DNA from: Malacoraja senta
Lineage: Eukaryota
Length of the DNA: 64,000 bases
Direction: 5' to 3'
Assembly (NCBI GenBank): GCA_038087875.1
Contig: CM075998.1
Span: 2,170,001 to 2,234,000, forward strand
Numbering within the stretch: position 1 is the first letter of the stretch; each line of letters starts with the position of its first letter. The position numbers and the translations under genes are program-made. Positions 13,151-26,312 of this stretch are shown in pieces. The notes under the pieces were generated by a model. That model did no database searches. It saw nothing but the letters and a program-made list of their open reading frames with translations, and was not told the DNA's origin.

Positions 13151-15265
13151 CACAGGTGCACCCAGGGTTGTAGAAGCGGGTGACATCATTCCACTAACCT
13201 TCTGTTCAAAACTAGCATGCTATGTGTTAACCACTTGGTAGGGATCGCTCCTTGCGAACATATCCTCCTTATCTGCGCAGTCTTGGTTAAATGTGTGTTG
13301 AAGTTCCAACGTATTGTTTGTCTAACCTCCTAAAAGCACCACGTTATACGTGTCTGTTTTGAGGAGGTCGGTTAAATTTGCTTTTTACGCGGGTTTAATT
13401 AGTTGGTCTGTTTAGATGGACTCAACCAGGGATTTTGGGGATTGTTTGGTTGACAGTAGAAGTGCTGGGAATGGAAAGTTGGCTGGGTTATCTGCTCTTC
13501 AGCACATTTAGTCCTACCTGGTGTATCAAAACTGACCCCTCTGCTACAGAGCTAATGAGTGGGTAAGTTGTGCAAGGCTTTAGTTCATAATTTATCATAC
13601 AATGATCCATATTGTAAGCTGGCACTTACGGGTGACGAGATATGATTTGGGTGATGACCTCGGCCGAATAGTCTGCTGATATCTTGTGGACATTAATATT
13701 GCCATTTTGATATGCTACCACCATTGTCTTTGTGTCTCTGGAGCTATATTCTTTTCAGGAATGACTTTAGCAATGATATTACATTTTTGACAAAGAAGTG
13801 GGGAGGTAGCTATATTCCCAAGTCTCTTCAATGCTGTTCTTGGATCAGTGAAAAGATGCACAAAAACTGAAGCATTTTAATTTTCACTTTTTTCTTGCAT
13901 AAGTGCTCCAACGAGCATGAGGGTAAGATTGACCACCATGAATAACAACTAGCAAACCAGCATTGTGTGTGCGCTTTAGAATATTTCTCGTGACTTGGAA
14001 GAAATCGTGGAACACTCTCTGCTGTCCACACTACTGGAGGTGAATGTGTGGACAGAATTACTGCTTGAATTTCTCAGGGCTGAAGCCACCATACTGCTTC
14101 ATATTTTCCTGGAGCGTTTCTATTGTTGAAGTCTTGAGATAATATGCACTGTGCATTCCTGGAAGTGAGCCTTCCCCATTACTGGAGCCATAGAGATTGT
14201 ACCTCTGGCAGACTGTATGCATTGACAAACCGAAATCCATTCCTTAACCTTTTTTATTTGTTTACTTTCCACTTTGTAACTTGAAGTATGAACTAAAGAC
14301 ACAATCTCTAATCTTCCTGTACTTTATGTTAAAAAGAAAAATTGAATACTTTGCACAGCCTTTCACATCTCTTACTGGTTTTCTAAACTAACTGCATTAT
14401 GTTAAAGCCGTTGAGATATTGTGCTTCTCTCTGGTATTTTTCATTTTCAGTAGCAGAATGCGTGTTTCTTTGCAAATTTAAAATTATGGGTGAATAGTTA
14501 TTGTATAAGTGATTAGGTAGCAATTTTGTTTTAGTGTTGTCAATGCCAATTCATCCCAGCCTAATCCTGACGTGGTTCCCTGCCTTGGACTAAGTAGTTT
14601 TTAGGCTTTTTTAAGTAATAAAGTGTCAAAAGCTTGCTTTTATGCTTGAATTGTGATATTTGTCTCTTGTAAACTTATCTTCTGGTATTTCTTTTTCAAA
14701 GTATGAATAAAGTGACATTGTTTGCAGAAAATCCAAGTTATGAAAGACTACAATCTTTTAAATCTTTGTCAAGTATCATACTGAATCCTGCCTGAATGTT
14801 TTGCCAAAAAAAGCACATGCACGCACCACAAGTATTATGATCAAACAGCAGTGAACAAAATGAGTAGCTCGTTAACCAGTGAGATCTGAAGGCCCGAAGC
14901 TTCAATATTTTAGCAGTGCATGTGTTATGCACCTTGTGATACTATTGAGCATCATCAATACTTTTAAATTATCAGCAAGTCCTCCTTAAAGATGTATTCT
15001 TTTGTGATTTTACAAAAAATTGTTTTTGAAAAAGAAAAATTAACACGTAGTGCATTATAGCATCGTCGGGAATGTTGGCAAGGACACAAGAGAACTTCCT
15101 GCTCCTCTTCCATCAATGCATGCGATCCTACATGCCCTTAACAAGAAGCAAGTCTTGCTCATGAATACAAGTGCCCATAAATGAAATACCACAATCCATC
15201 ATTTATTTTGAATAGATTTTTTGGACAATTTGAAGAGCTCAATATTAATTTTAAGGTGGGAGCAG

Positions 15266-16306
15266 TAGCAATGTTACAAAATTTTGAGATTTTAAAAATA
15301 AAGTCTGCAATTTATCCCATCAGATAAAGCATAAAAAGAAGTTTAATTTGACACTTAATTCACTTTCATATCTTCAGTATTAAAAAAGTTATGGCCATTA
15401 TCATACTCAGAAATTAGCATCTAGTTCCCTATTGCTTTTCCATTGACTTAACACAAAAGCTGTGATCGAGGACAGTTAAAAGCCCATAACTTTCTTAAAA
15501 ATTATGGTAACTGAAAGACATTTTCAGGTATTATAGATTGAAGCATTCTGAAACAAATATGAAACAATCTTACTTCGAAGACATGAAAGTAAAGCATATA
15601 ATTAGTTAGTTACCTAATTGTAGCTAATTACAAAATTCAATTACTAGATCTAAACATCTATCAATTTCTTAAGAATAGATTAACATTTTTAAATAGCCTA
15701 AGTGTCCAAATAACATTCACACAATAATTCACAATATAACATAATTTTTAAATCTAATTTTCATGAATTTACAGGCCAAATGGAAGGAATTGAATGTTTA
15801 ATACCTGTAAATTAATGGGGATTTAATTCATCTTGCAAGTGAGGATTACTGGAACGCGATCTTTTGGAACGTTGATTTGCGGTGAATTTAACCCCGTATT
15901 GGCATGAAAAATACTGCCGTTAATTCGGGGAATAAAATCACCGTGTCGCATGACAAAATGTGAATTAAAGGCTTCTTAAGAAGCACTTTTATACATTTAA
16001 AGAAAGCACTTTCGTTTACCTGTCCATTGTGTGAAATCCGTCCCCGTTATCGGCGTTGACGCATCAGGAGCTGCTTTTAAAATGACTGTAGCGCTGACAT
16101 TGACGATTTAATAAAAATAAAAAATTCACAAAACGCCGGTAGGAACGATTTTGTCAGCCAAGGTTTGTACTCCAACAAAATATTTCCAGGACAAGGGAGG
16201 AGAAACCGTGTTTTAACCCCGCCCCCCCCTTAAAGGCGCCAAAATCGCGCACACGGCCAGTGGCAGAATTACAGCGCGACTGAAGGTAAGTTTTGTAACA
16301 TACCTA
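15266..16306. mobile_element. Non-autonomous TIR DNA transposon (TAG...CTA termini)
   Basis: Imperfect TIRs TAGCAATGTTACAAAATTT and AAGTTTTGTAACATACCTA. Direct repeat GGAGCAG at 15259-15265 and 16307-16313. CpG-retaining interior with no ORF. Confidence 0.85.
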
Positions 16307-16964
16307 GGAGCAGCAACTCAGTTTTCACCATCACATTTTTTTTTTTAAAGCAAAATAATATAATACCCAGGTGCTTAATTTGTGATAATTTTTTTTAAAA
16401 ACTACTGCACCATAAACCTGCAAGTTTAAAAATTGTACTCACAAGGAAGGAGTAATAGAGAATTACCTTGTCCACTTTCACCTAGTTCCCAGGTTGACGA
16501 ACAAAATTGGCTATCTACTTTCGGAGTGGAGAAGGATGAATGTATGAAATTGCATGATCAAAGTGCAGTAGAATCTTCCTGATGCAAAATTGTGATGATT
16601 AACATTATTTCTAAGCTTGTGAAATTTCCAAAGATGGGTCCTGAAGAAATTGTGTTTATTTGCAGAATAAAGGTTTTGGCCAAATGAGAAAATATGGAAA
16701 ACATTTGGCGAAAGTTGGCCAAAGCAAGTTCTCCTTCTCCTTGCAATCCATGTGGTTTAAGCACGAAGGGGCTGACGGAGGGTCTCTTTGCTGTCCATAA
16801 CTAAAGGCGTTCTTCCTTTAACCACAAGGCGGTGTTTAACAATAGCTCAATGCTTGATGCCTCCCTGATATTAAAAAAAAAGCCTGGAGTTATCATTTCT
16901 TGCTCGCATGGCATATCTCAAACGCAGTTCTGAAATGCAAAGTCAGTTCTGTACCCTCTCACCA

Positions 16965-17188
16965 CAGGAGGAACACTTTTTTTGGCAAATATTGGAATGA
17001 GCTGTCAGATGAAGTAGTTGACGCAGGTACCATAAGAACATTTAAATGCCATTTGGACAGGTACATGGATAGGAAAGGTATAGAGGGATATGGGCCAAAT
17101 GTGGGCAGGTGGGGCTAGGGTAGATGGGCATCTTGGTTGGAATGGGCAAGTTGGACTGATGGGCCTGTTTCCATGCTGTATGACTCTA
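16965..17188 (+). mobile_element. CR1/HER1-type LINE 3' end
   Basis: WNELSDEVVDAGTIRTFKCHLDRYM ORF2 C-terminus, then a gggcctgtttccatgctgtatgactct tail. Confidence 0.85.
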
Positions 17189-19514
17189 AATAAAGGGGCC
17201 TAATTCTGTCTGAGCACAGTTGGCGTATGCATTCATTGAAATGTTCACATTTTCGATTTATAAACATTTAAATCATTAAAGTAACAGTAGCTCAAGTGAT
17301 TCCCTTCAACTGCAAGGGAAACCAGACAGCTGCAAGATGTCAGAAGCCAAGTGGAGTGAAAGCTGCCAAATTTTAACACCAGAGTACATATGGTACTCTA
17401 GCCTGCCAGTATTTATTACACTTGCACCTCGACATTTACTAGAACTGGATTAATCAAACTTCATTTTTTTTAAATTTTAAAAGTGTTGTTATTGTGTTAA
17501 ATTTGTGACTTGTCCACAAACATTGAATGACTCCATTTGGAATTTTGTGCATATAAACTAGGTTAAAACGTCTCTTCACCGTTCCTATTGCTGGTACTCA
17601 CAGGAATAATCAAAAATTGCTTAATTCATGAATTCAATATGTTCATTTCCAAATGAGTTTGCAATTTTTTTTTAAAATACTAATGAAACCTTTAATACAT
17701 GAACATCAATGAGCTGCACCTGAATGAAAAGCAGGTGTATGCAGTGTTGCACGATATAGAATTTGCACTCACGACACAGGAAGGGCCGAATGCAAGAGGA
17801 GGGGACATTGCAGTATTGATCAAGGAGAATATTATTGCAGCACTGGGGCATTGTGACCAGCATGGATGAGTTAGCCCGAAGGGCCTGTGTCCATGCTGTA
17901 CGACTCTGAGACTCATACAATGGATCCCATACCTTTGATACCTAGAAGAAATATTACCGGATGCCATTTTTGACTCGTAGACATTCAGTTAAATATATTA
18001 GTTGCAACCCGCAAGTCGTATATTCTTTTTATACTCTGTTTGGCCATTTCCAAACCAAGGGGTTTAAATTATAGGTCATAATGGAAATGCCAATCTCTGC
18101 TAAATATATACTTAAATGATTTGCCAATTTCAGAAACAAAAGGAGGAGTGCAAATTTAGAGGAGTTAATAAAAAATATTTTCTTTAACTTATCCTGTTAA
18201 TAAAAGAAAAATTACAGAACAGCTGCTTTAATTTGGATTCTGAGTTCAACATCCAGGAGCTGCCTCGTTACATTAATGCTGTAAAATCTCTTTTTGTACA
18301 TCTATTCCCAAGATGTCCAAGTTTTTTGCCAAGCTATTGAAATCTATTTGACAGCACAAACACACCCACCGGATGTCAAAGTCCTAGAATGGAGTTTCTA
18401 AATACAAATAGAAGACTATTGTTAAAAGTCACAGGGTGACCTGTAGAAATGTTTTGCTGCAGCATATTTCAAGTGAACTGCAGGCTATACACAGTGCATT
18501 GTATAATTAGTGACAAAAGCGCATAGGATTCCCTAAAAAAATGTGTACAGTATTATTTGTCAGCAAGCATTCCTCAACTGTTTTTATTAAATAGGGAGGG
18601 ATGAAATCGACAGTCAAATACAGAAGATTTGATGCTCGGAGGGAAAATTGCTCTTCCATTTTATAATGTAACTCGAGCCTCAAGAAGAAAATAAATCGGG
18701 CCACACCACTGCCAGGTATTTTCATACTTTTGGTAACCTATCTTCCTGGAAATGCATCTTCCAAGAAATGAAACTGAGCCAGCCTCTTTAGTGTCTCCCT
18801 GCACTGATCGCGAGGAAATGACCTACAGCATCAAATAATACCAACGGATTCGTAGCTTTAAAGTGCCCAACCCTGAAACTTGAGTAGCAAATTCTGAACA
18901 GTGTTGCATTTACTGGATCTCTACTTCATATATTTGAGAAACCAATTCTGTGATATTCTGCAAATGTTTCTACGAGCACCTACAGAAACAAAAGCACCAT
19001 ATTTCAGGTACATCTTGAATTTTGAAATAATTCATATAGTTAGTTAACTAGCACCATCTTAATTAAATTACACATAATTCCCAAGCCTGATAGAAATTGT
19101 GTAATCTCTCCCTTATCTCGCTACCCTTGGCTATTTGCATGTTTTTCTTTTCAGTCTCCATTTCCTCATAACCTTCAAATGTGTTTGTTTTGCTTTACTT
19201 CCCAATTGCATATCCACCATTCCTAAAGCACCGCTACTCTAACAGAACTGACCAAGGTAGTCTTAATCAAAATCACAAACTTCACCTGTAATTGTGAGCA
19301 TACCATATTATACTTTCTTAACATTTCCACTGTCTTCAGTGTAGTGGCTACACTATCGTCCTATGGTGCCTCATCTGTTTCTGGCTCAGTGGGACTGTCT
19401 GTGGTTTCATTCTACTGCATCCAACTGTGTCAAGATTTATTTGTGTCCCATTTCCATTCGTATTCTTAATTTCCAAGGATCTGCAGTTGGTTGCTGCCTT
19501 TGTCGCACGCAGAC

Positions 19515-19802
19515 GACATGGGTTGAAGGAGAGAGGGGAAAGATTTAATAGTAACCTGAGGGGCAACATTTTCGCACATTGAGTGGTGGGTATATGGAGC
19601 AAGCTGCCAGAGGAGGCCGTTGAAGGAAGTACTATAACAGCATTTAAAAGACATTTGGACAGGTACACAAATAGGAAAGGTTTAGAGGAATATGGACCAG
19701 ATGTGGACAGGTGGGACAAGTATAGATGGGGCATCTTGGTCGGCATGGGCAAATTGGGCTGAATGGCCTGTTTCTGTGCTGAATGACTCTGACTCTGACT
19801 AT
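19515..19802 (+). mobile_element. CR1/HER1-type LINE 3' end
   Basis: aacctgaggggcaacattttc...catttaaaagacatttggacagg, ending in a (TGACTC)n tail. Confidence 0.88.
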
Positions 19803-20498
19803 ATGCCCGATGGACTTTATATGCCCGAAACATGGAAGCTGCGCTCATTCAAATGAGCATAACTTCCATGTTTGCATTGATGATTCCCAGCTCTACCACT
19901 CTACTCTTAACTGCTTCTATGCTGTTGGGTTTGTGAGTATTTTATTTTAAAAATCCTGCTAAATTGTATAACTCCTGATGTCTTCCTTTTGACTGCACCC
20001 TGAAGTGATGTAGGACATTTCATAACATGCCCTTAACAGAAAATATGTCACACTTGTCCAACAAACCAAAATTTGGAAGATTTCAATTTATGAATGCGGA
20101 CAACTTTATTCAAGGGAATTTTGTTTTGGCAGGTTGAATTTGTTGTAATTTTACCCTATATTTTGGGTAACAGTTGTGCAAACTGAAATCTGCTGCTCAA
20201 GGATTGAAGGACCTTTTCTGTCATTGTTTTTAAGCCTTGCTCATTCCAGATTCTCTGGTTTTAAAATTAATTTGGACTTTTGCAATTGGGTACAATGCGC
20301 CTTTATGAAGATGATAGTCGTTAAACAAGATTGTGGTTGTATCAGCTGCTAGTGTCTCTTCAGCTGAGTTAATTTAAATAATGCATGAGATAAAGTTGTG
20401 TGTGAGAATTAACTAAGCTGTTAATTTCGTTTTAAAAATTAGCTCTTATGTCATAAAGCAGAAAAAAAAAAAGTGGAATAAAGCTTGGTCATCTCACT

Positions 20499-20697
20499 TG
20501 TGTAGGAAGGAACTGCAGATGCTGGTTGAAACCGAAGATAGACACAAAATGCTGGACTATCTCAGCCAGGCAGCATATCTGGAAAGAAGGAATGGATGAT
20601 GTTCAAAATAAGTGTTTCGACCCGAAACATCACCCATTCCTTCTCTCCAGAGATGCTGCCTGTCCCACTGAGTTACTCCAGCATTTTGTGTCTACCT
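20499..20697. mobile_element. Inverted (fold-back) Penelope-derived element
   Basis: Antisense then sense copy; perfect 14-bp TSD TTGGTCATCTCACT at 20485-20498 and 20698-20711. Confidence 0.92.
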
Positions 20698-21197
20698 TTG
20701 GTCATCTCACTCCTTTGTAATGATTGTCCATTGAAACTAAGAAAATATAAAGGTTTTGGGGTGTAGGGTAGATGTAATTCTTTTATGATCCCTTCTCATC
20801 GTGTATGGATTTCGAAGACACAAAAAATAAGTTTGTTTACAAAAGTGCAAGATGTTAGGTTTTCTGACTGTACAGGTGCAATTGGCAAATAAAGGGAATC
20901 AAATCCAAATGCACATTGAGAAAAGCATGATTAATAATACTATATAGAGATCAATAATTCTGTTTGAAACTATGCTGACTGACTGATGTGTAAGATTTCT
21001 GCCTCCTCTCAGTAAATCTGTGACACTGCCCCAGAATATAAATACAAAAAAAAGTTCTCACTATTGATAAGTGAAGCGTTGTCCACCTTGTGTGCCTCAC
21101 CAAATTTGGTCAATTAATTTAGAAGATGTCAAGCACTGAGATCCTGAAATATGTTGAACCTTGATCAGTATTCTGTATCTTGAGTCTTGGCCATACA

Positions 21198-21409
21198 TTC
21201 GACATCAGCCACGGAAGACTGTGGAGCCCAAGTCAATGGATATTTTAAGGCATGCCTAGATAGATTCTTGATTAGTACGGTGTCGGGAGTTATGGGGAGA
21301 AGGCAGGAGACTGGGGTTAAGGGGGAAAGATGGATCAACGATTGTTGAATGGCGGAGTAGACCTGATGGACCGAATGGCCTAATTCTGCTCCTATCACTT
21401 ATGAACTTA
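21198..21409 (+). mobile_element. CR1-type LINE 3' end, second subfamily
   Basis: tatttttaaggca...gggttatggggagaaggcaggaga...ccgaatggcctaattctgctcctatcacttatgaacttat. Confidence 0.85.
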
Positions 21410-21489
21410 TCTGTGCTGGTAGTGTATAAGTGAATGACTTGTCTAGAATTATTGTTACTCTTGCTGTGATGGTATTGACATATATTGAC

Positions 21490-21924
21490 AGTGGGCAGGT
21501 GCTATGGTCCTGCACGGGAAGGTAGACGCCCCCGCCCCCATGAGCCTCGGGCAGATGGGGCTCGTCAGCCTGGGAAGGCAGTCCATCTAGGAGAGGGAAA
21601 ACTCTGATTTAAAACCTCCACTGCCTTGTGGCCATATCCAGTCATGGAAAAGGCTCCTGGAGTAAACCTCAAGAAAATCCAGAGTCGGAGCCCCGAAGGC
21701 AGTTCGTCATTGTCTACAACCTCGCTCTGGCAGCTCCTGCGACGGCGCTGGTGCCAAACTGTAACGGCCCTGCTGTTCCTTTGGATCGATCAGTGACGTG
21801 GAGAGGGGGGGACGTGCTGCATGGGCTACAGCCTGTCCTCCATATGACATCGCCCATCCGACCACACGTCACCTGCAAACTAGGATGCATAATCCATGGT
21901 CAGTTATGACCGAAGGGGGCCTAC
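21490..21924 (+). mobile_element. RTE-derived non-autonomous retroposon
   Basis: RTE 5'-UTR-like motif ggcagtccatctaggagagggaaaactctgatttaaaacc, CpG-rich body, TSD TATTGAC at 21483-21489 and 21925-21931. Confidence 0.7.
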
Positions 21925-22221
21925 TATTGACCCAATGTATCCAGCGTGACTGTCTAAGTTTGAAGCTGTGTGTTGGTGGCGCTGTGTGTTGGTGGCACTG
22001 TTTTGTTTGGCCAACTTGTTTCTGTATATGTTGTTGAATTATCATATCAAAAGTTAATGTGAACCCTTTTAAGCTTTTTTTTTTGAAATAGCAAATCCCA
22101 ATGCATACTGTTATTTGCATCGATGTTGCGTTAAATTTTATTTTAAATGTTTTTTCCATGTGTAAATGTGTTTTGAGCAATAAATGACAATATTGCTAAA
22201 CCATATTTTTTCCCTGTGCAG

Positions 22222-22326
22222 GAAGCGGTGACTCTTCAATGGACAAAGAATTCTCTGGGACAATGGTGGGTCCCACAGTGAGCACACCCAACAGTCAGCA
22301 CTCTTCACCCAGCCGTTCTCTGAGTG
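22222..22326 (+). CDS. ikzf4: IKZF4 coding exon 2 (GSGDSSMDKEFSGTMVGPTVSTPNSQHSSPSRSLS)
   Basis: ttttttccctgtgcag acceptor and G|GTATGT donor, 105 nt. Close to human Eos SGDSSLEKEF...VSTPNSQHSSPSRSLS. Confidence 0.95.
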
Positions 22327-23959
22327 GTATGTCTAAGTTCTCTTTTTAATTATTTGTTGGTTTCACTCATTTAACTTCACTCATCTAACCCTTCTTGGAT
22401 AGTTTTTAGGTCAATTAAATCTCTAGAAGGCAAAATTAATTTACTGAGGATGAATATAGAACCTGGTTTGAGTTTATTTCTAAAACTAAATATGGATGAC
22501 ACTTTTGTGCAGTTTGACTTGGCAGGAAATGCACATGCTACACAAAGAAACTATTTAAAATGATTAGTTCCAACAGGAGGTAGAATCATTGTTTATATAA
22601 TCTTTGGGATTAGTAGTTGTTGCAAATTTGCAGTTCTTGGTTATTTCCGTTAAAACTGTTCTTGGTCTTTTCCATTAGTGAAAGATTAGCTTGTATTTAC
22701 GTGTGTGTGGTTAAGTCATTTGATCGTGGCATTGGACCTCTTATCAGTAAAGAGCTCTTCAGAGTTTGCTGGAGAAGCATACTCTTGGGTGTGCTCCATC
22801 AATTTTTGCCCCCTCCTGTCAGCTGAAAGATGTTATGCAGCTGAAAATTGCGTTGACTACTGATAAGGTTAGGGTCTATGGATCTTGAACCGTGATGAAT
22901 GATGGGACCAAGCATCCAATGTTAATTTAGGAGGAATAAGAAATGAATAGGGCAAGCGGAGGAGGAAATTGTCACACCAGAAAGAAATAGTTTGATTGTG
23001 GGGATAGAAATTTAAGACTGGAAAAAAACTGCATTTTCAAACATCTCAGAATAATTTGCTACCTACAGAGGTGAGATTCAGAGGTGAGGTTCTCTCTTCC
23101 TTGCCTAGAGTGGATGAACAACATAGCAAGGGCATCATTCTCATCCTTGAGAGGATCCTGGGTTTAAATCCAAATCCAAATTTTCTCCTGTGCATTTTAG
23201 TTCCTTTTATAGCAATTTCATGAGACTTGGGTGACCACCTTATTATACAAAGCGGAGCAGCGGTGTGCCACACATCATTTGCTGATATGGTGGTGACGAA
23301 TTGGAATTATGAATTCCCTCAAGTTGCTGGAAGTGCAGTTAACAAGCAGTTACTTTCTGACTGATGTAGTTTAATTGAAACATTACAATCTATTCATTTT
23401 CAAATACGCAGTGATACACTTGCGTGCCTATTATTCCAAACCTTTTGGAACCAGGCAAACAACATGGTGAATATTCCATGACTGATTAAGCGGTGAGTAT
23501 GCAAATATTGTGGACCGTGTTCGTGTATTATTAATTATTCGCTTTTACTTTCATGAACACCATTTCCCAATATCTCCATTGAATATTCAGCTTTGGTGGA
23601 GATTAGATATTGCTCTGAGACACATGAGAATCATGAATTAGACCCCTTGACCTTGCAAATCAATTCCAAACTTGCTTTTGTCTCAAGACCAAGGATGTGT
23701 TGTTGCTGCTCAAATTTGTGTCTATCTTTCCCGAAACTCCGTTTGAATCTTTCCAAGGTACGAAAACATCTCTTATCAAAGATGAAATAACAAATGTAAT
23801 CTCTCTACCTTTCTTGCCCAGTTTGCTGCCGTTGGTTGTGACAGCGTCTCACTAAAATGGCTGTTGGCCATCATCCAGCTGTGTAGGCTGCACCTGGTTC
23901 ATTTTCTCTCCCTTCAGTTGGGAACAGAGAATCACTTGCAATGACTTCTCTTTCTTTTC

Positions 23960-24250
23960 CTGCACCATTAATATTTGTGTCCTTCAATGATTAGACCTTG
24001 ACCACCATCTGTTATTCATCTACACACTGTGCCTTGGCAATGTCAGCCAGCCTAAAATATATTAGCTTCCACGTGCACCGTGATGACGCCCAACTCCATG
24101 TCATTAGAACCTCTTGCCACGACTACACTGTCTCCATGCTGTCAGATTGCTTGTCCAGTGCTGGATGAACAGAAATATCCTTCAACTGAGTCTTGACATG
24201 ACTGAAGTCCTTGGATGTGAAGTCTTTGTGATCTTTGGATGCCATATCCA
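23960..24250 (+). mobile_element. L2-type LINE RT relic
   Basis: agcttccac...gatgacgcccaactc (SFH..DD.QL) and tgctggatgaacagaaatatccttcaactg (CWMNRNILQL) match the L2 YADDTQLY...WM..NFLQLN region. Confidence 0.65.
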
Positions 24251-25125
24251 CTCGAATAATATCTGTGCCCTTTTTTTTTTTAAATCTCTGGACATTATTC
24301 CTATGGGTTCTTGGCTGCTCTCCCTTGTTCTATCCTTGGTAAGCTTCGGCTCTTAGAAGCTTTGGTTCCTTCATCTTAACTCTGATTAAGCCCCTTCATC
24401 TGTCACTGTTGGGCTTGCTGACCATTGTTAACTCATAATTAAGCAAAACCTTGCTTTTGAATTTTTCACTGCTTTTACTCCACTGTCCTGCTCCCTTGCT
24501 ATACAATCCTTCAAGATCTCTGCACTTCTCTAATTCTGGTTGCTTATCTTTTTAAAATCTGCACTTTTTTAAAATCTTACTTTTAGATCTTGACAGGACT
24601 TCTAAAAGGGAAGAGGGACTGAGTACAGCTGGGCTTGAATGACTGGATTTTTCATTTGTATTTGCTGTTTCCAATGCCAGTATATCAATTTTGTACCAAA
24701 ATGGTAGTGCACCAGCGATGAAAATATCGTTCTGGACAGGGCTTGCATCTCGTGAAATCACCATCACCATCTGGGCATATTAAACACAGGTGCATTGATT
24801 CTGAGTATGGTACGTCGTCCATGTTTTAGGAGAACCCTTGGGATTTTCATCCTTGTTCCTATTTGTGATTTATTTTAAATCGCTGCCAAGCTGTTTTTGT
24901 TTTATTGCTGAGCAGGATATGCCTTCAAGTTAGAAATGGCATGACTTGCCATTCTAAGCAATGATATATTGGTACACCTGTGACTACAACACGAAGCTTT
25001 TTCAGCATTCATAAATCAGCTGAAAACAAAGGCCTGCGTGAAGTCTTATCAGGATGTGGTACATTACAAATACCGTCGGGTTCTTACAAGAGAGTTTGGG
25101 GAATCATTGATTCCCTCTGATCCAC

Positions 25126-25245
25126 CAGTCTGAAGAAAGATCTCGAGCCAAACGTTGTCTGGCCATCCCTTCCACAGATGCTGCCTGACCTGCTGAGCTC
25201 CTCCAGCTGTTGTTTTTTGCTTGGGATTCCAGCACCTAGAGTCTC
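25126..25245 (+). mobile_element. Penelope-derived element, diverged
   Basis: cagtctgaagaaagatctcgagccaaacgtt...gatgctgcctgacctgctgagctcctccagc. Confidence 0.8.
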
Positions 25246-25749
25246 ACGTGTTTTTGATTCCTTTACGTTTTTTCATGTTTCCTTCTGAGATGGGAGGCTA
25301 TTCAGTCTATCGAGTCTATGCTGGTCTCGGAGCAATCCTATAACCTATTCTCTCACGTACTGATCAACTTCCCACCCTTTCCTCTTTCCCCATCCCACAC
25401 CACACCTCAATTCTCCTTTAATCCACCTAACAACCACAGATCTTTGGGATGTTCGTCCATTGTAAAGGTAACCCTGACAAATGAGAAAAGGAAGACAAAG
25501 GAGTGATAACTGTAATCAATTCAAAACTTGCCCTGGAGTTAAATATGTTTTTGATGATTATGAGGTGATGGATTTGATGATGAGATTGTGGGTCTCGAGT
25601 TTTGTTTTGTATACCTTGCTGGAATGATGCGTTCAATCATCTACTTGAGGGCTGATCCATGTCGCATGCACCTCTCTGAAGCAAGTTAGGACCCAGCTTG
25701 CAATATTGCCTAGTTTGGCCTGACTTTGTCTAAGCCTACCTCCCAGCAG

Positions 25750-25890
25750 ATTATCTGGCCATTATCACATTGCAGTTTGTGGGAGCCTGTGCTTCCTACA
25801 TTACAATAGTGGCTACACTTCAGAGGAGAGCTTCACTGACTACAATGCTTTTGGGTAGCCTGGGGTTGTGAAAAGCACTGCATAGGTCAT
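25750..25890 (+). mobile_element. DeuSINE (SacSINE1/AmnSINE1-like) 3' remnant
   Basis: ccattatcacattgcagtttgtgggagc...ttcctacattacaatagtggctacacttca...gttgtgaaaagcactgcata. Confidence 0.7.
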
Positions 25891-25893
25891 GTC

Positions 25894-26018
25894 GAAGGTA
25901 GACAAAAACGCTGGAGAAACTCAGCGGGTGAGGCAGCATCTATGCTGCCTCACCCGCTGAGTTTCTCCAGCTTTTTTGTCTAACTTCAATTTTTCCAGCA
26001 TCTGCAGTTCTTTCTTAA
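25894..26018. mobile_element. Fold-back Penelope-derived element forming a near-perfect hairpin
   Basis: 46-bp arms at 25894-25939 and 25942-25987; TSD GCATA(G/A)GTCATGTC at 25880-25893 and 26019-26032. Confidence 0.9.
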
Positions 26019-26312
26019 GCATAAGTCATGTCTGTCTGTCTTTTGAGTTTTGCTACCAACAGTGTCTATGGACATTAACCTTCAATTCCTGCAGACTCCA
26101 AAGCGTTGAGTCCCTTCAGGGTCAATAACCTTAGTGCTGTTGTTTGCTTGTAAATTAAGTATCTTTGTTTTCTACACATTCAGCGAGATGGGCCAAGTCT
26201 ATCTGCTGAATTATGCCAGTAACATGGAGTGCTCGTGGTTGTAGGAGGGGAAAGTCCATCTGTTTGCAGGGAAGCTGGATCAGCGTCCCTGTAAAAAGTG
26301 GAGCAAAAAGCT

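Noticed and set aside
15850-16300. CpG-rich segment with AAG|GTAAGT as an alternative promoter or exon
   Set aside because: It lies wholly inside the TIR element and the donor-like motif overlaps the TIR. Nothing else supports exonisation.
19348-19848. 166-aa minus-strand ORF
   Set aside because: It is the antisense reading of a CR1 3' end.
11651-22221. Exons for the long mammalian Eos N-terminus (MHTPPALP...MESLFCE)
   Set aside because: No recognisable homologous coding stretch was found by eye. A tBLASTn search would be needed to exclude a diverged one.
22740-22868. 10-bp inverted repeat CTTATCAGTA/TACTGATAAG as a MITE
   Set aside because: The arms do not extend convincingly and there is no TSD.
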